43,302 nt of DNA, from positions 1 to 43,302 of the forward strand of contig CALWAB010000057.1 in assembly GCA_944372745.1 (NCBI GenBank), in the 5' to 3' direction. The DNA comes from an uncultured Clostridia bacterium (GTDB lineage: Bacteria > Bacillota > Clostridia > Christensenellales > UBA1242). Position numbers and translations under genes: made by a program. The notes beneath the pieces were generated by a model, which was not told the DNA's origin, made no database searches, and was given only the letters and a program-made list of their open reading frames with translations. Position 1 is the stretch's first letter, and the number at the start of each line of letters is the position of its first letter. Shown here one piece after another: positions 1 to 7,684 of this stretch.

Positions 1-1778
1 CCACGAAAATAGAATTAGAAGGGGGGAATATAGTTTTATTTGAGCGTTGTTCTGCTCCTTTAGGGACAAGAATTTCTGTAAAAAATTTATTCTTTAATGT
101 ACCGGCAAGAAAAAAATTTTTAAAAAAACCTAAACAAGAAGAACATGAAATTACTACAATAGTTCAGCGTCTAATTTTGTCTAATCCAAATGTTTCTATT
201 AGATATATTGTTGATAATAAACAAATATATTACAGTACAGGAAAAAGCATTGAAGATGCTATATTTGCCATATATGGTATTAGTACACTACAGAATTTAT
301 TGAGTTTTGATGAAAAAAGAGATGATATGCATTTGTATGGTTTTATTGGAAAACCTAGTTTCACAAAACCTAATAGAACTTATCAAACTTTGGTAGTAAA
401 TGGTAGGTATGTTCAAAATACTAATGTATCTGTAGCAGTTAACAAAGGTTTTGAAACACATTTGATGAAAGGTCAGTTTCCATTTTTTATTATGTTCTTA
501 GATGTTAATCCTGAAAATGTTGATGTAAATGTACACCCAACTAAATTAGAAATAAGATTTGAAGATAATAGCACCATATTTTCTTTTGTGTATAGAACTG
601 TTTCTAATACTATTTTATCAAATCAAGATTTATACACAATTGATATGATAAATACACCTATAAAATCATTGAAAAATGAACCATTGCTACAAACTGAACA
701 ACAAGATGCTTTTAAAAATTATGATAATATTTTTGATAGTACAAATAAGACAACTTTTGAAGATAATTTAAGCTATTCTAATTCTAACCAATTTAATAAT
801 ATCTCTGCATTAATAACTGACAATCCAGAAAAAAATAGTGGTAATGAGAAATTACAAAATGAAATTGATAAAAATATGCAATCAACATATGAAATAAAAA
901 CAAAAATTGATTCAAGTTTAGTGACTAATAGTGAAGTATTCAATGCTAAAAATGACAATCAATGTACCACTTATAAAATTAAAATTTATGATAAAGATAG
1001 TGATGAACTTAAAGAAGTAACTGATTTAAGAGTAGATAAAATATCGGAAAATGTAATACCATTTTCATTTACACCATTCTCTTCTAAAGATTTAAACAAT
1101 AATACGCCCTTTAATCAAAGTAACCATATAAATCCATATAACAAATTAGAAACTAAGATTAATTCGAGTGACGATACTAGATCTGTATCATTATTAAAGA
1201 ATGGCTATAAAGTAGTCGGTAAACTATTTAATACATTTCTTTTCGTTGAAAGTGGTGATACTGCAATATTAATTGACCAACACGCAGCACATGAACGCAT
1301 AATTTATGATAGATTTCAAAAGTATTATGGAAATAAAGACAAAGCCACACAACAACTACTTGTTCCCTACATATTAAATGTAAATTTCCAAGAAAAATCA
1401 TTTTTAGAGCAAAATATGCAACAATTCATTGATTTAGGTTTCGTTATAGAAGAATTTGGTGATAAAGCATATAAAGTATCTGCTGTACCATTATTGTTAG
1501 GGGGGAATTTTGATTGTAAAACATTTTTCGATGATATTTTAAATCAAGTTGGAAAAGAGTTAAAAGTAAAAGAAAGTTTGCATTTCAATGAATATTTGAT
1601 GCAGCGTGCATGTAAATCCGCTATCAAAGCAGGCAACAATATGAGTGAAAATGAAATTTGTGCTTTAGTTGATGCTGTGCTTGAAAATAATACTGAACTA
1701 TTTTGCCCACATGGAAGACCTATAGCTATAAAAATAGATAGGAAGGATATAGAAAAATGGTTCAAGAGAGTGTTGTAA
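1..1778 (+). CDS. mutL: DNA mismatch repair protein MutL, C-terminal ~590 aa (5' end cut by the window edge)
   Basis: Frame 3 is open from the window edge. Upstream of the listed ORF it reads ...NLFFNVPARKKFLKKPKQE, the MutL FxNxPARxKFLK motif. The C-terminal domain has the DQHAAHERIIYD endonuclease motif plus ACKSAIKAGN and CPHGRP. Confidence 0.95.
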   Translation, partial: TKIELEGGNIVLFERCSAPLGTRISVKNLFFNVPARKKFLKKPKQEEHEITTIVQRLILSNPNVSIRYIVDNKQIYYSTGKSIEDAIFAIYGISTLQNLLSFDEKRDDMHLYGFIGKPSFTKPNRTYQTLVVNGRYVQNTNVSVAVNKGFETHLMKGQFPFFIMFLDVNPENVDVNVHPTKLEIRFEDNSTIFSFVYRTVSNTILSNQDLYTIDMINTPIKSLKNEPLLQTEQQDAFKNYDNIFDSTNKTTFEDNLSYSNSNQFNNISALITDNPEKNSGNEKLQNEIDKNMQSTYEIKTKIDSSLVTNSEVFNAKNDNQCTTYKIKIYDKDSDELKEVTDLRVDKISENVIPFSFTPFSSKDLNNNTPFNQSNHINPYNKLETKINSSDDTRSVSLLKNGYKVVGKLFNTFLFVESGDTAILIDQHAAHERIIYDRFQKYYGNKDKATQQLLVPYILNVNFQEKSFLEQNMQQFIDLGFVIEEFGDKAYKVSAVPLLLGGNFDCKTFFDDILNQVGKELKVKESLHFNEYLMQRACKSAIKAGNNMSENEICALVDAVLENNTELFCPHGRPIAIKIDRKDIEKWFKRVL

Positions 1779-2728
1779 AACCTATTCCTTTGTTAATTAT
1801 AGCAGGTCCTACAGGTGTGGGGAAAACTGAAATTGCTTTAAACTTATATGATTTACTAAAATCTACTTTAATATCAGCAGATTCTATGCAAGTATATAGA
1901 GAATGCAATGTTGCTACAGCTAAATTATCGGAAAATTTGTTAAAAAAATATCCTCATTACAATATAAACATAAAAAACATAGATGAAGAATATAGTGTAG
2001 CAGAATTTAAAAAAGACACCATAAAGGCAATAAATATTTCTACACAGAAGGGGGAATTACCGATAATAGTTGGGGGAACGGGATTATATATAGAAGGTTT
2101 ATTATTCCCTTATGATTTTGCCAATTGTCCTAAAGATATAAATTATAGAAAAGAATTAGATAATATATTACAGACGAAAGGGAAAGAACAGCTTTATAAA
2201 ATGCTATTTGAAATTGACGAGAAAGCCGCAATTCAAGTTAGTATGAATGATACAAAAAAAGTAAAGCGAATATTAGAGATTTGTCACACAACAAATAAAA
2301 AATATTCACAAATATATTCCTCTTTAGATAATTTTGAAAAATCACCTTATGATTATTTCATAGTATTTTTAAATAAAGAAAGACAGACTTTATATTCAGA
2401 TATAAATCAAAGAGTTGATTATATGATTAAAGAAGGATTAATAGATGAAGCATATTATATTTATGAAACTGAAAAAAAACTAAATAAACAACTTCAAGTA
2501 TCTAATGCCATTGGCTATAAAGAACTATTTTCATATTTTGATGGTAATGACACATTAAATAATGCAATAGATAAAATAAAGCAACATAGTAGAAATTATG
2601 CTAAACGCCAAATAACTTGGTATAAAAGATATACAAAGAATATTATGTTTTTATCTAATGAAACAAAAGAACAAAAAAATGCTATAATTAAATTGCTTTT
2701 TAATAAATATCAACAATATAAAAAATAG
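1757..2728 (+). CDS. miaA: tRNA dimethylallyltransferase MiaA
   Basis: P-loop IIAGPTGVGKTEIAL and ISADSMQVYRECNVATAK are present. It overlaps the mutL stop by 22 nt, in the classic mutL-miaA order. Confidence 0.93.
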   Translation: MVQESVVKPIPLLIIAGPTGVGKTEIALNLYDLLKSTLISADSMQVYRECNVATAKLSENLLKKYPHYNINIKNIDEEYSVAEFKKDTIKAINISTQKGELPIIVGGTGLYIEGLLFPYDFANCPKDINYRKELDNILQTKGKEQLYKMLFEIDEKAAIQVSMNDTKKVKRILEICHTTNKKYSQIYSSLDNFEKSPYDYFIVFLNKERQTLYSDINQRVDYMIKEGLIDEAYYIYETEKKLNKQLQVSNAIGYKELFSYFDGNDTLNNAIDKIKQHSRNYAKRQITWYKRYTKNIMFLSNETKEQKNAIIKLLFNKYQQYKK

Positions 2729-2777
2729 AATACACTATGTTGTGTATTCTTTTAATATAATACGCCATATATGGCAT
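2728..2777 (+). repeat. Three-arm module, copy A (diverged)
   Basis: Reads GAATACAC-TATGTT-GTGTATTC, then a 10-nt spacer (CTTTTAATAT, whose first C closes the stem), then AATACGCC, followed by ATATATGGC, which completes the palindrome GCCATATATGGC with the preceding GCC. It fills the 51-bp gap between the convergent miaA and lexA stops. Confidence 0.7.
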
Positions 2778-2779
2778 AT

Positions 2780-3412
2780 TTATATTTTTCGTATTAATCC
2801 TACAACTTTCCCTAAAATCGTTATATTATCAAAATACATTGGTTGCATAGTAGGATTTTCAGGCTGTAGTCTTATTCTATTGCTTTCTTTATAATAAGTT
2901 TTTACAGTAGCTGAATTATCAATAAGTGCCACTATAATTTCTCCATTTTCGGCCGTATTTTGTTGACGAACGACAATTTTATCTCCATTATATATTCCCG
3001 CATCAATCATACTTTCGCCACTAACTGTTAACATAAATAGATTATCGCCTCTAAATAGATTAGTTGGGATAAAGAAAGATTCTTCTAAGTTTTCTTCTGC
3101 TAAAATTGGTTGACCTGCCGTAACATTCCCAATCAAAGGTATCATTGTAAATTCTTTATCTAGTAATTTTGCTTTAGATTCCGGATGTTCATCAAAATAG
3201 TGGGGAGCAACTGATAGGGCACGATTTTTCCTACCTTTATTTACTAAATCACCGCGTTCTTCTAATTTTCTTAAATAATATGAAACAGTTGAAGTTGATT
3301 TAAAATTAAATTTATCTTGAATTTCTCGAATGCTAGGGGGAAATCCATTTTCTTGCGAATATTCAGCAATATACCTTAACATTTCTTCCACTTTTTGATT
3401 GTTTTTTGCCAT
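2780..3412 (-). CDS. lexA: LexA repressor (S24 peptidase)
   Basis: The N-terminal wHTH reads NGFPPSIREIQDKF. The C-terminal S24 domain has GESMIDAGIYNGD (Ser) and VKTYYKE (Lys). A GAAC-N4-GTTT operator overlaps its own promoter. Confidence 0.95.
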   Translation of the reverse strand: MAKNNQKVEEMLRYIAEYSQENGFPPSIREIQDKFNFKSTSTVSYYLRKLEERGDLVNKGRKNRALSVAPHYFDEHPESKAKLLDKEFTMIPLIGNVTAGQPILAEENLEESFFIPTNLFRGDNLFMLTVSGESMIDAGIYNGDKIVVRQQNTAENGEIIVALIDNSATVKTYYKESNRIRLQPENPTMQPMYFDNITILGKVVGLIRKI

Positions 3413-3442
3413 ATCTATTTTCTCCTTCGTTTAAGTTAACAC

Positions 3443-3482
3443 ATTATAGCATAATTGATTTATTTTGTCAAACAATTGTTCT
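3443..3482 (-). promoter_or_regulatory. lexA promoter (TTGACA-17-TATAAT) overlapped by an SOS (Cheo-type) box
   Basis: The minus strand reads AGAACAATTGTTTGACA-N17-TATAAT. The -35 is at 3466-3471 and the -10 at 3443-3448. The box GAAC-AATT-GTTT (3469-3482) has one mismatch to GAAC-N4-GTTC. Confidence 0.7.
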
Positions 3483-3520
3483 AACTATTTTAGAAATTTT
3501 TATCTATTTATATTGGGGCT

Positions 3521-4588
3521 TTAATTATTATTGTCTTCTCTTAATTTTATTTTTGTTGATGCATCCTTTCTTATATTTTCACTTATTGCTGCATAGTGTT
3601 TTTTAGTTGTATTAACATCTTTATGTCCTAATACATCTGCAACAATGTATATATCGTGCGTTTGTTGATAAAGATTAGTACCATAAGTACTTCTTAATTT
3701 ATGAGGCGATATTTTCTTTAACGGAGATGCTATACGACTATATTTTTTTACTAAATTTTGTACTGCACGAGTTGTTATTCTTTTATTTTGTAAAGAAAGG
3801 AAAAAAGCATCGGAATCTTCTTCTTTTTGGGGTTTTATTTGCATTCGCAATCTTTTATAATCGAGTAGGGCATTAGCTACTTCATCTGAAAAATATAATA
3901 TATATTGATTGCCACCTTTACGAGTTATCACAAACGAATTGTTGTCAAAATTAATGTCATTAATATTAATTCCTACCAATTCGCTGATACGAATTCCTGT
4001 ACCTAAAAACAGCATTAAAATGGCTAAATCGCGTACTCTTGTATGTTTATGAAAGTCTTTTTGTTGGCGGGTTAATGTAGAATCACCTTTATCTGCTATA
4101 TCAAGCAATTTGTGCACTTCATTTTGCTCTAAGCGTATTATATTCTTGGCATATATCTTAGGCATATCGACTTTTTGTGCAACATTTTGACTTATTTTAT
4201 CTTTTTTGTAAAAATATTTTAGTAAACTCCTAATTGTAGCCAATTTACGAGCCTTGGCTTTGTCATTATTTATAAATTTTTTGCCATCAACATAATATAA
4301 ATTTAAGTAATCCAAAAATAATTCAATATGTTCCGCAGTTATCTTATCCAAATCTGATAGGGTAAGCAAGCGTATATCTTTACCAAGGAATTCAGGAAGT
4401 TCAGCTGTTAAAAAAGTAAAAAAAACTGTTAAATCTTGAGCATAAGCTATTCTCGTCAAAACACTAGTATTATTTTCTATACCAATAAAAAATTCTGAAC
4501 AAAATGTAGGTAAATTATTTCTCATTTTGCGTAGTTTTAGAATATTTTTTGCATCTCTTTGTTGTACATATGTTTCTTTATTTTCCAT
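3521..4588 (-). CDS. Tyrosine site-specific recombinase (XerC/XerD/phage-integrase family)
   Basis: Catalytic signature is GTGIRISEL (Arg), HKLRSTYGTNL (H-x-x-R) and LGHKDVNTTKKHY (His, Tyr). I chose the ATG at 4588. The track ORF starts at a TTG at 4624. Neither start has a clear SD. Confidence 0.85.
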   Translation of the reverse strand: MENKETYVQQRDAKNILKLRKMRNNLPTFCSEFFIGIENNTSVLTRIAYAQDLTVFFTFLTAELPEFLGKDIRLLTLSDLDKITAEHIELFLDYLNLYYVDGKKFINNDKAKARKLATIRSLLKYFYKKDKISQNVAQKVDMPKIYAKNIIRLEQNEVHKLLDIADKGDSTLTRQQKDFHKHTRVRDLAILMLFLGTGIRISELVGININDINFDNNSFVITRKGGNQYILYFSDEVANALLDYKRLRMQIKPQKEEDSDAFFLSLQNKRITTRAVQNLVKKYSRIASPLKKISPHKLRSTYGTNLYQQTHDIYIVADVLGHKDVNTTKKHYAAISENIRKDASTKIKLREDNNN

Positions 4589-4926
4589 ACTTAATATTGT
4601 ATCAAATAATTTAAAAAATAGCAATAAAATAAATCATCAGTGATGAAATGTTTAAATTAAAAATTAAAATTAAAAGCTGCAAAGATATTTAATCTCAATA
4701 GTAAATTTTTTATTATTTTATACCAAAAAAATAAAAACCATAAAAATAATGAAAATCAACGGAATTACTGGGTTTTAAACCACTATCTATTCGCTAAAGT
4801 TGTCTTTAGCGAATAGATATGAATATACTTTTTTCTACTAACCCCTACTTTTTCTTCCTAAATTTAATTTAAAAATCGTCATCTTCCTAATAAGATTTAT
4901 TCATTTCTTTAAACAAAAAAACTTGC

Positions 4927-5607
4927 TTACATTGGTAATTCTCTAAATTGTTGTAAAATAAAGTTGCAATTTTTTAAAGTATTTCTTAAGTTTTTAACAT
5001 TAGGTAAAACTGCTGTTACTATTGCCCAAAATGCAGGTGAATGGTTCATTTCCATGAGATGTGATAGCTCGTGCACAACCACATAATCAATTAATTGAGG
5101 AGATAACATTATAATTCGCCAATTAAATGCTATCACCCCTTCACTATCACATGTGCCCCATTTTCGTTTAGAATTACTTAATTCTACCCTTTGGGGTTCT
5201 AACTGCATTATGTTTGAAAAGTATTTTAGTCTTTGTCCCACTATTTCAATACATTCATTTTTTAAAAATTTTTCTATTTGCTTTACTTCTCGTTTTAAGG
5301 TAGAAAGTGGTTTTATAATTAAATAATTGTTTTTAATTGAAATTTCTTTTGCTTTTTTATCCCTTAATACACAATATTTTTTTCCGCAAAACAAAACACA
5401 TTTATAATTAAACAAGTCATCGTTAATCATATTTTGCTGTTTTATTTCCGTTACTTTTTGATTTATCCATTTTTCTTTTGATTGAATAAATCTAAATATA
5501 TCTTTTTCAGCCATAAATTTAGGAGCCTTGACTATAACTTCCCCTTTATCATTAATAGTAATCGCTAATGTTTTCCTAGCTGTTCTTTGTATATAATCTA
5601 TATTCAT
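4927..5607 (-). CDS. DUF45 / YgjP-like HExxH metallohydrolase (often annotated as M48-family metallopeptidase)
   Basis: Contains VVHELSHLMEMNHSPAFW, and its ~226 aa size is typical of the YgjP family. An AGGAG SD lies 6 nt before the ATG. Confidence 0.8.
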   Translation of the reverse strand: MNIDYIQRTARKTLAITINDKGEVIVKAPKFMAEKDIFRFIQSKEKWINQKVTEIKQQNMINDDLFNYKCVLFCGKKYCVLRDKKAKEISIKNNYLIIKPLSTLKREVKQIEKFLKNECIEIVGQRLKYFSNIMQLEPQRVELSNSKRKWGTCDSEGVIAFNWRIIMLSPQLIDYVVVHELSHLMEMNHSPAFWAIVTAVLPNVKNLRNTLKNCNFILQQFRELPM

Positions 5608-5611
5608 ATTA

Positions 5612-5662
5612 CTCCTTTATTTGGTGTATTTGCCTTTTATAATACACAATATATAGTGTATT
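5612..5662 (-). repeat. Three-arm module, copy D (inverted orientation); the central 16-mer is a perfect NrdR-box-like palindrome
   Basis: The minus strand reads AATACAC-TATATATT-GTGTATT, then ATAAAAGGCA (10 nt), then AATACACC. The 16-mer is at 5644-5659. Confidence 0.8.
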
Positions 5663-5692
5663 ATAAAAATATAGTAAATTTATTGTATTTTA

Positions 5693-5721
5693 TTGACATT
5701 TTTTGCAAAAAAATGTACAAT
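5693..5721 (+). promoter_or_regulatory. Sigma-A-type promoter of the PadR-fusion gene
   Basis: TTGACA (5693-5698), a 17-nt spacer, then TG-T-TACAAT (extended -10, 5716-5721), 27 nt before the ATG. Confidence 0.65.
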
Positions 5722-5748
5722 ATAAATGTCTTTAGAGAGGTAAAAATT

Positions 5749-7479
5749 ATGCGTGGAAAGTTAAATGCTATCATACTTTGCACCCTTCAAAGCGGCAATA
5801 AATATGGGTTAGAAATTATTAAGGAAATTAAAAAATTAACCTACGGACAAATGGATGTGAAATTGCCTAGCCTATATAGCAATTTACATAAATTAGAAAC
5901 TGAAGGCTATATAACATCATATTGGGAAAATAGCGAAATTGGTGGAAAGAGAAGGTATAGTGCTTTAACAGAAAAAGGTAAAAAATATATACAGGAACAC
6001 CCATATAATTTTGATGAATTTAAAAAATATGAAAATGTTAATAAAAATGTTTCTTCTACTTTAGCAATTCAACCTGATTTTTTTAACACAATAGAACATT
6101 CGCAAAGAACTATAGAAGTAGTTACCCCCTCTCCCACTTCAACAGAATCACAAGAGGAAATACAAAACTATTCAATATTAGATTACATAAATAATACACA
6201 GTCCTCATCTTCCCAGTCCTCTTTTTCTGGCTCTAATCAAGACGCCGAAAATTCAATTTTTGTCAGGGACAAAACAGATGCAGTACTTTTAACTGACGAT
6301 CAAATTATACCACAAGATGCGTCTACAAGTCTACTATATAGACCTACTACTTTAACACATAAAGATTTGATTGAAGACACAGACGGTCCAATAGATTATG
6401 ATAGCATATTTGGAGATATGTTAGAAAAAGATAAAGATCCCCCAGTTGATAACAATAATTTCAATTTGCAAAATAATGACTATCATGAGACTGACAGAGG
6501 TATTCTTCTAGACCCTAATGAAAAAGGCAAATTTGCAGCTTCATATCAATCTATGGTTAGTAACAGGAGCAAAACAGAACCAATTGTGAATTATAATTAT
6601 TCTAACACAACATTTGAAAATAATGATAATTCATATATTCTTTACGAGGACAAACCATCTAATACACCCCATAACGATACTATTAAACAAGAAAATATTA
6701 TCAATCAAAATAATGAACATAAAGATGTAAATGCTTATCTGCTTAAAGAAAAAGTTGATGTAGAAGATAATTTGAAAGCAAACATATTTCTTAAAAAACA
6801 GAACAAACAATATAATTACTCTTCAGATTATGACTTTTATTCCAAATACGATTCTAAATCAACTTATGAAAAACTTAATTCTATTATTTCTAATTCTAAT
6901 ATTGTAAAAAATGAGAATATAGAACAAGAACATACTTCCCCTATTGAAGTTAGACCATTAACTTTATTGGAATATATAGAGGATTGCGAAAATAACGGTA
7001 TTATAGTTCAAAAATATAGAAAGAATCAATCCAAATTAAAATCTCATCGAGTTTACATTAATAAAACAAATTTGTTAACTTCTATTTTATCTTTTGCTAC
7101 TCTAGTTATATTAATGTTTATATGTTACTTTGCATTTAAAAATTCTTTAAGCGAACTTCAATCTATAACATATCTCATTATTTGCATTTTATGTGTAGGA
7201 TTAATCTATCCAATAGTATGTGCCATTATTGCTGGAGTAAAACATTTACGATTAGTTGGCTACTATGATATGAAAAAAGAATGGTTACCAAGACTAATTA
7301 TATTTGCTGTAATAGTATTATTAACAATTTCCATAAATTTGCTTTGTGGGTTAAATACAGCTAACATAGTAGATTATTTACCGTTTATAGTTTTACCAAT
7401 AGTAGCGTCATTGACTATATTTATTGATTATTTATATAAATCATTATTATTACAATTAAAAGCTTTTAGAGAAGAATAA
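5749..7479 (+). CDS. PadR-family winged-helix regulator fused to a long low-complexity linker and a C-terminal 4-TM anchor
   Basis: The PadR signature LQSGNKYGLEIIKEI...LPSLYSNLHKLETEGYITSYWENSEIGGKRRYSALTEKGKKY starts at MRGKLN. The ATG at 5749 follows a GAGAGG SD and a consensus promoter, so the track's 54-aa N-terminal extension is spurious. The C-terminus has four hydrophobic helices. Confidence 0.8.
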   Translation: MRGKLNAIILCTLQSGNKYGLEIIKEIKKLTYGQMDVKLPSLYSNLHKLETEGYITSYWENSEIGGKRRYSALTEKGKKYIQEHPYNFDEFKKYENVNKNVSSTLAIQPDFFNTIEHSQRTIEVVTPSPTSTESQEEIQNYSILDYINNTQSSSSQSSFSGSNQDAENSIFVRDKTDAVLLTDDQIIPQDASTSLLYRPTTLTHKDLIEDTDGPIDYDSIFGDMLEKDKDPPVDNNNFNLQNNDYHETDRGILLDPNEKGKFAASYQSMVSNRSKTEPIVNYNYSNTTFENNDNSYILYEDKPSNTPHNDTIKQENIINQNNEHKDVNAYLLKEKVDVEDNLKANIFLKKQNKQYNYSSDYDFYSKYDSKSTYEKLNSIISNSNIVKNENIEQEHTSPIEVRPLTLLEYIEDCENNGIIVQKYRKNQSKLKSHRVYINKTNLLTSILSFATLVILMFICYFAFKNSLSELQSITYLIICILCVGLIYPIVCAIIAGVKHLRLVGYYDMKKEWLPRLIIFAVIVLLTISINLLCGLNTANIVDYLPFIVLPIVASLTIFIDYLYKSLLLQLKAFREE

Positions 7480-7660
7480 ATTATGCAAATGTAACAAAGT
7501 TTTAGGAATTATGATAAATTATTTATACGAAACTTACATATGCATTTGAAAAACTTAATATTTGGTGAAACTAAAATTTTCTTGATTTTCATTTAAATAA
7601 TATAAAGCATTATTATATGAAAAACTTCCAAAATGATAACTAAAAAAACAATGCGTAAAA

Positions 7661-7684
7661 AAAGAAATGATAACTCATTTCTTT
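7661..7684. terminator. Bidirectional hairpin terminator
   Basis: AAAGAAATGA-TAAC-TCATTTCTTT is flanked by an A-run and a T-run. It overlaps the TVP38 gene stop. Confidence 0.55.

Noticed and set aside
773-958. Many 60-140 aa ORFs in the track lie antisense to, or nested inside, long genes. Examples are 773-958, 1544-1765, 8015-8341, 10853-11122, 13272-13571, 19105-20787, 23308-23937, 32955-33299, 35704-36114, 36589-36993 and 42166-42588.
   Set aside because: Each lies wholly within a confidently identified gene on the other strand or in another frame. Their composition is the hydrophobic, low-complexity kind typical of AT-rich shadow frames, and they have no SD or promoter.
3521-4926. The tyrosine recombinase as a marker of a prophage, ICE or genomic island, and the adjacent 300-bp gap as an invertible promoter.
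   Set aside because: There are no phage, conjugation or cargo genes on either side, no compositional shift by eye and no flanking direct repeats. The only inverted matches across the gap are AT-only stretches of 8-11 nt (for example TTTAAATTAAA). A lexA-adjacent Xer-like recombinase looks like a resident chromosomal gene.
7631-7675. An 11-nt direct repeat, AAATGATAACT, at 7631 and 7665.
   Set aside because: It is short and AT-rich. One copy is part of the terminator and stop codon of the TVP38 gene, and nothing else supports a function.
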